Under the pieces are notes generated by a model. It saw only the letters and a program-made list of their open reading frames with translations, was not told the origin of the DNA and made no database searches. The position numbers were made by a program, and so were the translations under genes. A stretch of 64,000 bases of DNA from an uncultured Planctomycetia bacterium (lineage in GTDB: Bacteria; Omnitrophota; Gorgyraeia; CAYVEO01): contig CAYVEO010000003.1 in the NCBI GenBank assembly GCA_964449965.1, forward strand, positions 1,052 through 65,051. The letters are read 5' to 3'. Positions 10,856-20,441 of the stretch are shown here, one piece after another. The first letter of the stretch is position 1. Each line of letters opens with the position of its first letter.

Positions 10856-11565
10856 ATCTTTAACGACTTCTCCTTGATGCTTATAAACCTGCCATCCCCT
10901 ACGATAATGTGGTCTAACAGGTCTATGTTCATTATCCTGCCGGCATCTATAAGCTGTTTGGTCACCTTCATATCATCTTCACTCGGGGTTGGGTCACCGG
11001 ACGGGTGATTGTGTGCCACGATAAGCCCTGCTGCTGAATACTCCACCGCAGGAAGGAACGCCTCTCTGGGATGGACGAGATTGGCTGTAAGGGTGCCAAT
11101 GGATATTACCTCATCATGGATAAGTTTATTCTTTGTATTAAGGTAAAGCCCCCTCAACTCTTCCTTCTTTAGTTTTCTCATGTCCTCCAAATATTTGTAT
11201 GCATCATCAGGTGACCTTATGATAGGGGTCTTACTCGGGTCCTCTTTAAAGAAACGCCTGCCTAATTCAAAACAGGCGACTATCTGGCATGCCTTTACCT
11301 TAGGGACACCCAATGTCTCCATCATTCTCGCAACATTCCTCTCAAACGTAATCGCCTTTGAGCCATACTCTTTGATAATCCTGCCTGAAAGTTCCAGGAC
11401 ACCTTCCTTCTTAGAACCGGTATTCAGGACTATGGCGAGCAGTTCTGCATTCTTCAATGCCCCTGGCCCATATTTGAGCAGTTTCTCCCTGGGTTTTTCA
11501 TCCTCAGGCAGAACCTTCAGATTGATTTCGTACAATTCATCTGCCATAATTTTTGTAGTTGCCAA
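10843..11565 (-). CDS. radC: RadC family JAB-domain protein
   Basis: PREKL, ELLAIVL, VHPRE, AHNHPSGD..S..D, LLDHII. Confidence 0.93.
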   Translation of the reverse strand: MATTKIMADELYEINLKVLPEDEKPREKLLKYGPGALKNAELLAIVLNTGSKKEGVLELSGRIIKEYGSKAITFERNVARMMETLGVPKVKACQIVACFELGRRFFKEDPSKTPIIRSPDDAYKYLEDMRKLKKEELRGLYLNTKNKLIHDEVISIGTLTANLVHPREAFLPAVEYSAAGLIVAHNHPSGDPTPSEDDMKVTKQLIDAGRIMNIDLLDHIIVGDGRFISIKEKSLKIWQR

Positions 11566-12241
11566 CCTTGGTTGGCGTATTTCTCAGAAATGACCTTAGA
11601 ACCAATCTAAAAAACCGTATAGTATCTACAATGGGATTAATATTGCTGTGCTGACCATTGTATATCGTAGTTATGGGCAGAGATATAATCTGAAAATTAT
11701 TTCTTGCCGCCTCTATAAGCATCTCTGACTCTGTATCATAATTTGAGGTAGATAATTTCAAATTATCCAGAACCCCTCTCTTTATAAGCCTGAACCCGCA
11801 CTGACTGTCAGGAACACTCTGGCGGATAAACTTGGATATAAGGAAAGAGGTAAACCTGTTCGTCATCCGTCTTAAGAACGGCATCTTCGCTACATCCTGC
11901 ATCCTGTCCCCTATAATAATCACATCACCCTTCTTTGAACCTGCTTCAATGAATAGCGGAATATCCTCAGGCCTATGCTGGCCATCGGCATCCATTACTA
12001 TTACAGCATCGTAACCTAATTCCTTAATGTATGCAAATCCATCTTTAAGAGACTCTCCCTTGCCCTTGTTTGTCCTATGTCTTATGACAAATGCACCTTC
12101 TCTTGAGGCAATATCACCTGTCCTGTCAGATGAACCATCATCCACCACGATAATATCAGAGACGTAATGCCTTATCCCTTTTATCAGGTCCCCTATATTC
12201 TTTTCTTCATTATATGATGGTAGTAATACAGATACTTTCAT
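11537..12241 (-). CDS. Glycosyltransferase family 2 (DPM1-like)
   Basis: PSYNEE, VVDDGSSD, MDADGQH, DSQCGFR. Confidence 0.9.
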   Translation of the reverse strand: MKVSVLLPSYNEEKNIGDLIKGIRHYVSDIIVVDDGSSDRTGDIASREGAFVIRHRTNKGKGESLKDGFAYIKELGYDAVIVMDADGQHRPEDIPLFIEAGSKKGDVIIIGDRMQDVAKMPFLRRMTNRFTSFLISKFIRQSVPDSQCGFRLIKRGVLDNLKLSTSNYDTESEMLIEAARNNFQIISLPITTIYNGQHSNINPIVDTIRFFRLVLRSFLRNTPTKVGNYKNYGR

Positions 12242-13101
12242 CCAATTAAACCTTTCTCAAAAAAGTTGTTGAACATATACCACTGGGTTGGGTATTTTGA
12301 AATATATCTTTCCATGACCTCTGCAATCCTTCTCGTAAGGATGACTAAATCCTCATTGCTGTTTCCTGTAGGACTGTATTCTATTGGTTGTTCTATAATC
12401 AATCTAAAATGGTCCCTATCCTCCCGGACAAGAAAACCTGGTAATATCGGAGCACCTGTCTTTAATGATAAAGCCGCTGGACCCTTAGGCAGTGCAACCT
12501 GGGTACCAAAGAATTCTACAGGTATACCGTCATTGGCAAAATCCCTGTCACCTAATAAGGCAAGAAACTCGTTATTTGCGAGGGCAGAAAAACACCTCCG
12601 GACAGCAACGCCTGTGGGTATCACCTTGATACCGGTAATCTCCCTTTGCTTAGTGAAAAAATTATTAACATTCTTATCGGCGTGGCTTAAGGCTACCGCA
12701 TTTACCGGGTAACCTAATATGGACAATATTGCCCCGCCAAGTTCCCAATTACCCAGATGTGCGGTAATGCCTATACATCCCTTGCCCCGGGCTAAAACCT
12801 TATCTAAGTGTTCCAGACCCTCTATTACAACAAATCTTTGGACGTACCCCTTATCCAATCTGGAGAATCTTAAGAAATCTACCAGGTATCTTCCGAAATT
12901 TCTGAAAACGGACTTTGCGTAATATTCTGCTTTTTTATCATCTACCTTCAAGATGAGTTTTATGTTCGTAATTATATTAGCCGTGTCATGAGGTGAGGTC
13001 CTCCTGTGGATATCTGCTATTCTTTCGGCAAGCCAGTACCCAACCTTAATTGGCAGCCGCAGAACCATGAATTGCCCTACCCTGTACAATAGATACATCA
13101 T
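12238..13101 (-). CDS. Lipid A lauroyl/PatA-family lysophospholipid acyltransferase
   Basis: AHLGNWE, LLGDRD, FFG, PTQWY. Confidence 0.85.
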   Translation of the reverse strand: MMYLLYRVGQFMVLRLPIKVGYWLAERIADIHRRTSPHDTANIITNIKLILKVDDKKAEYYAKSVFRNFGRYLVDFLRFSRLDKGYVQRFVVIEGLEHLDKVLARGKGCIGITAHLGNWELGGAILSILGYPVNAVALSHADKNVNNFFTKQREITGIKVIPTGVAVRRCFSALANNEFLALLGDRDFANDGIPVEFFGTQVALPKGPAALSLKTGAPILPGFLVREDRDHFRLIIEQPIEYSPTGNSNEDLVILTRRIAEVMERYISKYPTQWYMFNNFFEKGLIG

Positions 13102-14210
13102 AGTTCCAGAATCAACCTCGCAGTATCAATAGCCGCGTGGACCTTACCATGTGAAAGTGCTGCCTGATGCATATGAGCTAACTTCACGGGGTTATTCAGC
13201 AGGCTTTCGGTAAGAACTGCTGAGTCCTCCTCATTATTTGCCTTCACTGCCGCACCGCATCGTAATAGGAATTTGGCATTATTCGCCTCCTGCCCGGGAA
13301 TAGGATTTATAATAATCATGGGTAACCCCTTGACTAATGCTTCAGCAGTGGTAAGTCCTCCGGACTTGGTTATTACGAGGCTTGATACTGACATCAATTT
13401 AGAAATTTCATCACTATGGTCCAATATCAATATCCTCTTTTTATACCGGGATATTTTTCTCATCAGTGACTCTCTTAGGCGTTTGTTTGTCCCCGTCGCA
13501 ACTATAATCTGAAAATTTGTTACTAATCTATTCAGCCATCCTATTACTTCCCTGATAGGCCCTAATCCCTGGCTCCCGCCCATGATAAGTACTATAGGAA
13601 GTTTGTTATCTATTCCTAATCCCTGCAAGACATAATCTTTATCAAATTTTTCTGCAAATTTATTATCAATGGGTATGCCAAAAACCTTTACTCTATCCGG
13701 CAATATACCATTATGCACTAATTTTTCCTTAGTATCTTCGGCAGGGACTACGTAAAAATCTACATTGTCATAGAGCCAATATGAATGTGGCATATAATCA
13801 GTCAATATCCCGACTAACGGAATATCTTCTCCACTCGTCTTCTTATAATCTGCTACCATGCCGCAAGGAAATGCCTGGGTACATCCTATTACGTCCGGTT
13901 TAAAATCAGAGAGCAGGACTTTTAATTTCGCTGAATTAAACCTGTGTATCAACTCACGCAGTTTCTGTGTATTTTTAACGACCTTTGGGTTATCATAAAG
14001 ATATTCCCATACCTCAGGCGTATTCTTAATGATTCCCATATAAGTATTGTTTATAATCTTTTCCAGGACAGGGTTCGTATAATTAAAGGCATCTATATTT
14101 AGCACCTCAACATCGCCTTCAAGGGACTTTAATGCTTTCTCTATAGCGAGACTTGCAGAATGGTGGCCTGAATTATCATTGATGTACATCAATAGTATTC
14201 TTTTACCCAT
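13098..14210 (-). CDS. MGDG synthase / UgtP-like GT28 diacylglycerol glycosyltransferase
   Basis: SGHHSA, LTDY..H..W, MGGSQG, TKSGGLTTAEA, PIPGQE. Confidence 0.88.
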   Translation of the reverse strand: MGKRILLMYINDNSGHHSASLAIEKALKSLEGDVEVLNIDAFNYTNPVLEKIINNTYMGIIKNTPEVWEYLYDNPKVVKNTQKLRELIHRFNSAKLKVLLSDFKPDVIGCTQAFPCGMVADYKKTSGEDIPLVGILTDYMPHSYWLYDNVDFYVVPAEDTKEKLVHNGILPDRVKVFGIPIDNKFAEKFDKDYVLQGLGIDNKLPIVLIMGGSQGLGPIREVIGWLNRLVTNFQIIVATGTNKRLRESLMRKISRYKKRILILDHSDEISKLMSVSSLVITKSGGLTTAEALVKGLPMIIINPIPGQEANNAKFLLRCGAAVKANNEEDSAVLTESLLNNPVKLAHMHQAALSHGKVHAAIDTARLILEL

Positions 14211-14211
14211 A

Positions 14212-14595
14212 TTACCCTACAAGTGCTATAACGTCTATCTCAATCCTGACATCCTTTGGAAGCCTTTTAACCTCTACAGTAGAACGTGCAGGTTGAACAT
14301 TGCCGAGGTATGCCGAATAAACCTCGTTAATCCTGCCATACTCATCCATATCCTTGATATACAGGGTAGCCTTCACCACATTATTCATGGATGCGCCGCC
14401 TGATTCCAGTATACCTTTTATATTCTCCAGGACCTGCTTAGTCTGAAGGGCTATGTCACCTTCTATTATTTGATTCGTCTTAGGGTCAATGGGTATCTGG
14501 CCAGAGACAAATAAAAAATCCCCCGCCAATACCCCTTGAGAATAAGGCCCTATTGCCTTAGGTGCATTACTGGTTGCAATTATCTTTTTTTCCAT
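14212..14595 (-). CDS. ridA: RidA/YjgF enamine deaminase
   Basis: [28 protein letters not shown]. Confidence 0.92.
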   Translation of the reverse strand: MEKKIIATSNAPKAIGPYSQGVLAGDFLFVSGQIPIDPKTNQIIEGDIALQTKQVLENIKGILESGGASMNNVVKATLYIKDMDEYGRINEVYSAYLGNVQPARSTVEVKRLPKDVRIEIDVIALVG

Positions 14596-15677
14596 TGCAT
14601 TACTTTAATCTTCTTCTCTAACTCTAATATCTCGCGTTTTCCTGGTAAAACGCCGAGCTCTAAATGATATTCCCTCTTTTCGCCTGGCTCAAGAAACTCC
14701 AGTTCCCCTCTCTTCCTTGCCTCACTTCTCCCTGCCACCCGGCAGTTCGCCGGTTCCATCCCAACGACGTACTCCCTTTCCCCGCACATCTTCCATTCTA
14801 TAAAGCAGGGGAGTTCTTTCTTGAAATATTTCACGTAGAACCCAAATCCTTCTCCGCCATTAAACTTTTTATTCACAAGCGCTGTCAGGACGTTTCCTTC
14901 CTTATCACAACCCATATCGTGATAATATACCCTTTCTTTAAAACCATGAGTAGGTCCGTAGAATTTATTATACTCATCCATTTTTATCTTAGCCTCATCA
15001 TCCCTCGGCTCTGCCTTTTTTGTGGGTGACAGTAACAAAGACCCATCATCTACCGCTGGATATCCCCCATTAATATGGTAAAGGAGCATATGTGGAATTG
15101 GACTAAAGCCGCGATTTTCTATAACGTCATGGACATAGAGACATGATTCGCCCATCTTGGCAGAAATTTCCCGGTGCAAGACAACGTTCTCGCCAAAGAC
15201 CCTCGTTTCTATAACCTTGCCTCGGACCCACATAGCGTACTCATCCGCAACCCATGCACTATCTGCATGGACATTTTTAGCAGGGATATTGGATACCCTA
15301 CCGTGCAGCCCTAATTTCTCACCCATATCCTCGCAAGGCATCCCCACTTGTGTAAGTCCGCACGTGAATAAAAGTCCGCCATGGACATTCCTTAAGTATC
15401 CTAATCCTTCCGGCTCATAATAAGGTGCAGCCACCTCGCCGCAGGAGGAAATCCATGATAGAGGTATCCCCTTATATTCTGCAAAAGAGATGTCTAATCC
15501 CCTGCCTGGCAGGACTGTAAAACGAAAACCTGTACCGGTTTTAACGTCTACTGCCTCTACGCCCTTCTCATTACCCTCGGTAAGTTCGTATATCCTCACC
15601 CCTGCAATCTGGGATATATCCCCAACTCTCTTAAGTAACTCTTTCCGCATCACCTTCTTACCGTATAATATAGACAT
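14580..15677 (-). CDS. DUF4432 / aldose-1-epimerase-like protein
   Basis: RGLDI, LLFTCGL, LHGRVSN, LYHINGG, GMEPAN. Confidence 0.75.
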   Translation of the reverse strand: MSILYGKKVMRKELLKRVGDISQIAGVRIYELTEGNEKGVEAVDVKTGTGFRFTVLPGRGLDISFAEYKGIPLSWISSCGEVAAPYYEPEGLGYLRNVHGGLLFTCGLTQVGMPCEDMGEKLGLHGRVSNIPAKNVHADSAWVADEYAMWVRGKVIETRVFGENVVLHREISAKMGESCLYVHDVIENRGFSPIPHMLLYHINGGYPAVDDGSLLLSPTKKAEPRDDEAKIKMDEYNKFYGPTHGFKERVYYHDMGCDKEGNVLTALVNKKFNGGEGFGFYVKYFKKELPCFIEWKMCGEREYVVGMEPANCRVAGRSEARKRGELEFLEPGEKREYHLELGVLPGKREILELEKKIKVMQWKKR

Positions 15678-15683
15678 CTATGC

Positions 15684-16004
15684 TCACTCCCTTTTTGTCA
15701 CCTCTTCCACCCACTTCAAATATTCTTTATTGCCCTTGACTATAGGTATCGCAATAATTTCAGGGACATCATAGCTATGAAGCGCCTTCACCTCGTCCAT
15801 TAATTCGGGGACTCGTGATTCTCCGGTCTTGGCAAGTAAAAGCAATTCATCGCCTGTTTCTATTTTTCCTTTCCATCTGAATATTGACTTTACTGCGGGC
15901 ACAATATTTACGCACGCAGCAAGCCCTTTCTTAACCAGACTGCGGGCAATCTTCTCTGCCTCCTTCTGGCTGCCTGCCGTGACCAATACAACGACTTTTT
16001 TCAT
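15684..16004 (-). CDS. cutA: Divalent-cation tolerance protein
   Basis: LAACVNI, SIFRWKGK, HSYDVPEII. Confidence 0.93.
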   Translation of the reverse strand: MKKVVVLVTAGSQKEAEKIARSLVKKGLAACVNIVPAVKSIFRWKGKIETGDELLLLAKTGESRVPELMDEVKALHSYDVPEIIAIPIVKGNKEYLKWVEEVTKRE

Positions 16005-16198
16005 TTCCTCAAATACACCATATAATCCTTATCACCTTCCAGAACTACGTGCCCTTCCCTGGCAAGCCACCCTACACTCATCAGAATTATATCGCGAGGT
16101 TTATCAATATTCTTGAATAACTCGGACAGGTGTATCTTACCATGTTCATCTAAATAATGCCATATCTCGCCTGCTACGATACCTATCTCGGTAATCAT
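16001..16198 (-). CDS. Small winged-helix protein (DUF2582-like)
   Basis: IGIVAGEIWHYL ... MSVGWLAREG. Confidence 0.8.
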   Translation of the reverse strand: MITEIGIVAGEIWHYLDEHGKIHLSELFKNIDKPRDIILMSVGWLAREGHVVLEGDKDYMVYLRK

Positions 16199-16920
16199 TT
16201 CACCCTCCTCTCCCGTGAAGATAGAAATTTCTCTATCTTATTTTTAACGTCATCTCCTACCCCTGTAAAACGAACCGCTATCTCCTGCATCTTTGTAGTA
16301 GGCATCTCCTCAACCCTTGCCACCTTGCCTGTGACACTGACCTTTGTATCGCCCGGCGGGAATTCCAGCATCATCTCTAAATCAGTCCCTACAGGGACTA
16401 TCTCACGCGATTCAAACAAGATACCCAGCAGGCTTATGTTTACTGCTGCAGTCTCATCCCATTTTGAAAAGAATTTCTTCTTTGGTAATCTCGTATATTT
16501 AATAAGCAAAGGAGATTCTAACCTGTCAATTTTGCGATTACTCAATTGTAATTCTTTCATGTGCATAATCTTATCCAGTACATCTATAATTTTCTTTTCT
16601 TCAAAAGGCTCCTTGATAATGCCGCTTACCCCGGCATCCATAGCCTCTTTGATAAGGTAACGGTCGGTAGGTGAGCTGGATATGATTATAGTAGCATGGG
16701 GGTCACGAGATATGATTTTCTTTGCCGCTTCTATGCCGCCCAGGACAGGCATAACCAGGTCCATGATAATTAAATCAGGATTAGCCTGGGCATATAAATT
16801 TATTGCTGACTCACCATCGCCTGCCTCACCGGCTATTTCAAACCCATTCTTTATAAGAAGTCTTTTAAGATATTCTTTAAGCTCATTATCACTCTCAATA
16901 ACCAGCACCCTCTTACCCAT
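16195..16920 (-). CDS. Response regulator receiver plus PilZ domain protein (start revised to 16920)
   Basis: REC domain (DLIIMDLVMP, KEPF) then RKIDR..NIS..G PilZ motif; GAGGGGG RBS before ATG 16920. Confidence 0.8.
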   Translation of the reverse strand: MGKRVLVIESDNELKEYLKRLLIKNGFEIAGEAGDGESAINLYAQANPDLIIMDLVMPVLGGIEAAKKIISRDPHATIIISSSPTDRYLIKEAMDAGVSGIIKEPFEEKKIIDVLDKIMHMKELQLSNRKIDRLESPLLIKYTRLPKKKFFSKWDETAAVNISLLGILFESREIVPVGTDLEMMLEFPPGDTKVSVTGKVARVEEMPTTKMQEIAVRFTGVGDDVKNKIEKFLSSRERRVK

Positions 16921-16921
16921 A

Positions 16922-17152
16922 TCACCCCCCTCTCTTATTATAACTCTTGCACACAGGACATAAAGACAGGAGTTCATGTTTAGAATCCACGTATGTATGG
17001 CTGCATATAGAACACTGCCATACATACTCTTCGTCCCTGGTATATCTCTTAAATGCACCCCTCCTCTCTAAGAATAGCCAACCGACAAATAATCCCAGGA
17101 TAGATATGGATAAATATAAACATATAGCTGCGGACAGGTCCAATTTAAACAT
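16922..17152 (-). CDS. Small membrane-anchored Zn-ribbon protein
   Basis: N-terminal TM helix, then CSIC...CPVC; packs tightly between its neighbours. Confidence 0.7.
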   Translation of the reverse strand: MFKLDLSAAICLYLSISILGLFVGWLFLERRGAFKRYTRDEEYVWQCSICSHTYVDSKHELLSLCPVCKSYNKRGG

Positions 17153-17161
17153 ATCTAATCC

Positions 17162-17842
17162 CTAATCCTCTGAGCCCTTTTTCAGCCTAAAATGTATCTT
17201 TATAATGCCCCATTCTTCTTTCTTAGAGGCATCTTTAGATAACGAGACGAATCTCCATCTCTTTAAATAGGCGGCGCCGAGAAGGTCAACTTGAGGCTCT
17301 CCAGACGATGTCAGAATACTAACGTTCTTCACCTCCCCTTCCTGAGAAACGGAGAATCTAACATCTATATCAAAATCCATTCCCATCTCTTCTGCCCACT
17401 CCGGATATTCAGGCAGAATGGGTTTATACAATATCTCCCTGTACCTGGCAGGGCCTGTAACCTCAATTAACTGGGTTTCATAAAGTTTTTTGTCTAACTC
17501 AACTTCCCTATATGCAGGAATTTCTTTATGTCTATTAAGTCCATAAGAAACATCAATTTTCTCTTTCTGAACTTCCGTTGTTATGTTATCCGGATTAACT
17601 ATTTCAGGCAAGTCTACCGTAACCTTAACCGCCTCATCCTTAAATGGCAATATATCCAGCGGTTTCTCCTCCATTATCTCATTGAAAAATTTATCTTCTA
17701 ATATAGGACCAAGAAATGAAACCACAGGGAATCCCTTCAAGGAAAATTCTACCGGCAGGACAACTACTGTAATTAGAATCGTCCATAAGAGATGCCATAG
17801 TAGAGATAAGGCTATAAATATCCCAAATGCTTTTTCTTTCAT
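17162..17842 (-). CDS. tonB: TonB family protein
   Basis: N-terminal TM helix with SxxxH (SLLWH); C-terminal PEYP..G.V..SSG..D..WRF. Confidence 0.75.
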   Translation of the reverse strand: MKEKAFGIFIALSLLWHLLWTILITVVVLPVEFSLKGFPVVSFLGPILEDKFFNEIMEEKPLDILPFKDEAVKVTVDLPEIVNPDNITTEVQKEKIDVSYGLNRHKEIPAYREVELDKKLYETQLIEVTGPARYREILYKPILPEYPEWAEEMGMDFDIDVRFSVSQEGEVKNVSILTSSGEPQVDLLGAAYLKRWRFVSLSKDASKKEEWGIIKIHFRLKKGSED

Positions 17843-17848
17843 AATGCA

Positions 17849-18250
17849 TCATTTTTGTTCCTGACTTGTGGCTATATTCACCTGCGGGACGCCTGCCTCT
17901 CTGCACATGTCCCATATCTCTACGACCCTGCCTACGGAAGCCTTTTTATCAGCCTTAATCAATAACGTCCCCTTTTCTTTGGAGACTTTCTTCAATTTTG
18001 AGATAAGTTCCTGGACTGTAGCAATTTTATCATTAAGATAAATAGCATCCTCACTTGTAACAGTAATAACTAAAGGCTCTTCCTTCAGTACCTCTGACGT
18101 CACTGCCTTAGGCAGGTTTATCTTAATGCCAGGCTGAAAAACGTACGATGAAGTAAGCAAAAAGAACATGAGCAGGTTAAAGACCGTATCTATAAGAGGC
18201 GTCATATTAAATTCCGCCTTTATTCTACGCCCTCTTCTTTTAAACCGCAT
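17849..18250 (-). CDS. exbD: Biopolymer transport ExbD/TolR
   Basis: NMTPLIDTVFNLLMFF, LPKA, IKADK. Confidence 0.9.
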   Translation of the reverse strand: MRFKRRGRRIKAEFNMTPLIDTVFNLLMFFLLTSSYVFQPGIKINLPKAVTSEVLKEEPLVITVTSEDAIYLNDKIATVQELISKLKKVSKEKGTLLIKADKKASVGRVVEIWDMCREAGVPQVNIATSQEQK

Positions 18251-18878
18251 TAGAATTTTCCCTATCAGATAGAAGATTAATCAGTTCTGTAGCACTCCGC
18301 TCCATCTCCAGGACAAAACTGTCTACCTTTGTCACCAGATAATTATAGGCTACAATTGCCGGGATGGCAACTATCAGTCCGAAGACTGTCGTAAGGAGTG
18401 CCTCCCATATACCGCCTGCCAGGTCCCCTGGACTAACAGGATTAAGTGCCCCTGCCTTCTGCTGGACAACCTGGAATGCCTTGACCATTCCCGTAACCGT
18501 CCCGAGAAGCCCCAGAAGCGGGGCGATATTGGCAACCGTCCCCAATATGCCTAAATTCTTCTCTAATCTCGGTATCTCATGCAGCCCTGCCTCCTCAATA
18601 GACTCTTTTATCTCCTGTTTGTCCCTGTCGTGTTTCAGTATGCCAGCCTTTAATATAGACGCTATGGGCCCCGGGGTCTGGTCACACATCTCTATTGCCT
18701 CCATAACCCTGTTACGCCTGAGTGCGCCAGAGATACCCTCCATGAATTTTTTCGTATCTATCCGTGCCCTGTATAAATGATAGAGCCTTTCTATTACTAC
18801 AGCAAATCCTATTACTGAAGTGAGAGCTATAAGATACATTATTGGCCCGCCCTTTTGCATCCATTCTAATCCAAACAT
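18240..18878 (-). CDS. exbB: MotA/TolQ/ExbB proton channel
   Basis: APLLGLLGTVTGM, GIWEALLTTVFGLIVAIP. Confidence 0.9.
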   Translation of the reverse strand: MFGLEWMQKGGPIMYLIALTSVIGFAVVIERLYHLYRARIDTKKFMEGISGALRRNRVMEAIEMCDQTPGPIASILKAGILKHDRDKQEIKESIEEAGLHEIPRLEKNLGILGTVANIAPLLGLLGTVTGMVKAFQVVQQKAGALNPVSPGDLAGGIWEALLTTVFGLIVAIPAIVAYNYLVTKVDSFVLEMERSATELINLLSDRENSNAV

Positions 18879-18896
18879 CTCTACCTCCTAATCATA

Positions 18897-20441
18897 TTAA
18901 AATTCAATCTTAGCCCCGCCCATAACATTCCTGCCTAATGCAGGATAACCTTCCCGCAACTCGTAATCTTCATTCAATAGATTATCAATTATCACAAATA
19001 ATGTCAAGTAATCTTTTATCTCATAGGATAGTCTGGAATTCATCAAGAAATAATCGGGAATGGTATCCTTTGTGATTTTATCAGAGAACTGTTCGCCTAC
19101 ATATTCCCCTGTAATGTCCATCCTTAAACCTTTATTGTCTTTAATGGTCCATCCCATCTCAACATGGTCATTGGGATAATAGGTAACGGCATTGGCAGAA
19201 CTATCCTTATTATGAATATCAGTAAAACTGTAATTGATATACTCACTTATGTATTCATTCCAATAACACTCAAACCCTGCCTTTATTCCCTCAAAATATG
19301 CCTTGTGAAGATTAATTGGTTTGTATAGCCCATCGTTGTCGTCCGAATCATCCCAGATAATAAAGTCTTTACTGTCCTTTCTAAATAACGTCAGACTGCC
19401 CCTTAATCTATCCGGACGGAACCAGTGGTCCACACCAACCTCAATATCCCATGACCGTTCAGGATTCAGGACGTCAGGATTTATCTCTGCATAATTGTCC
19501 TCTAAATACAGTTTGTCAAACAAATGCGGCGAAAAAGTCCTCTGGACACTTGCCTTATAGGTAGTTCTTTCGTCCATATTCCACGAAATCCCGACAATGG
19601 GATTCAGCCTCACGCCAAAACCCTCCTGGTAATCCAGTCCCCCGCTTAGAGTTGATTTTATTCTGTCAGTCCATTCTATATCATCCTGGACATGAAATGA
19701 AGTCAGGGTAAGGTCATAATTCGTCAGCAATTCATTCCGGGATATATTTAAAACAAAATCCATTCCACCGGTTTGATATGACGTATCTATCCCGTAGAAT
19801 CTATTTGAATAATCGGGACGTTCGGCATTTTCTTCTACCCTTGAGCCATCAAAATAGCCCTTGAAATGCAGCCTCTCGTCCCGGGAAAGATTTTTATCAC
19901 TGGCAATAAAAAATTTTAAATCATCATTCCTTCTTTCCGCATCAGGGAAAGGGCTGTTTACCGGTCCAGGCAGCTCCATGTCCTTTGAAAAGAAATTACT
20001 CCCGATAGATAAATTCCATACTTCATCCATAGAAAATGAAGCATTCAGAGAAGACCTGTACGCTATCTCGTCACTATTCGCCCTGTCCCAGCTTGTAGGC
20101 TTTATCCCTAACGTAGAAGAATAACCGAAGTTCTTGAACCTGGCAGAATGGATGACGTCAAGATAGCCTGTTTTAAATGCCCCGTAGCCCCCTGTAATCT
20201 TTGTAGTCATAGAAGGCTCCTCCTCTCTTGAGGAAATATCGCCCTTTACTTTTTCACCTGTATCAGGAGAGATTCCTGCCTCTTTCTCTGCCGCAGTTTT
20301 AGATTCATCAACCCCGAATATGGTAACCTCTGGCAATTGCAGAGTTGGCTTCTCAAACTCGTCAGCAATTGCAGTCCCGCAAAGATTCAGGAAGACCAAC
20401 AATATGCAGTAAATTATCATTTTATATTCTTTTTTATCCAC
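18897..20441 (-). CDS. TonB-dependent-receptor-like outer-membrane barrel, short with no obvious plug
   Basis: Signal peptide, EVTIFG box, LNPERS, DNLLNEDY, C-terminal Phe. Confidence 0.75.
   Translation of the reverse strand: MDKKEYKMIIYCILLVFLNLCGTAIADEFEKPTLQLPEVTIFGVDESKTAAEKEAGISPDTGEKVKGDISSREEEPSMTTKITGGYGAFKTGYLDVIHSARFKNFGYSSTLGIKPTSWDRANSDEIAYRSSLNASFSMDEVWNLSIGSNFFSKDMELPGPVNSPFPDAERRNDDLKFFIASDKNLSRDERLHFKGYFDGSRVEENAERPDYSNRFYGIDTSYQTGGMDFVLNISRNELLTNYDLTLTSFHVQDDIEWTDRIKSTLSGGLDYQEGFGVRLNPIVGISWNMDERTTYKASVQRTFSPHLFDKLYLEDNYAEINPDVLNPERSWDIEVGVDHWFRPDRLRGSLTLFRKDSKDFIIWDDSDDNDGLYKPINLHKAYFEGIKAGFECYWNEYISEYINYSFTDIHNKDSSANAVTYYPNDHVEMGWTIKDNKGLRMDITGEYVGEQFSDKITKDTIPDYFLMNSRLSYEIKDYLTLFVIIDNLLNEDYELREGYPALGRNVMGGAKIEF

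Noticed and set aside
10843-11565. radC as a marker of a mobile element
   Set aside because: It is the full-length chromosomal form, overlapping housekeeping genes on both sides, with no mobility genes nearby.
16921-17058. N-terminal 45-aa extension of the REC-PilZ ORF
   Set aside because: It overlaps the Zn-ribbon gene; a strong RBS supports the ATG at 16920.
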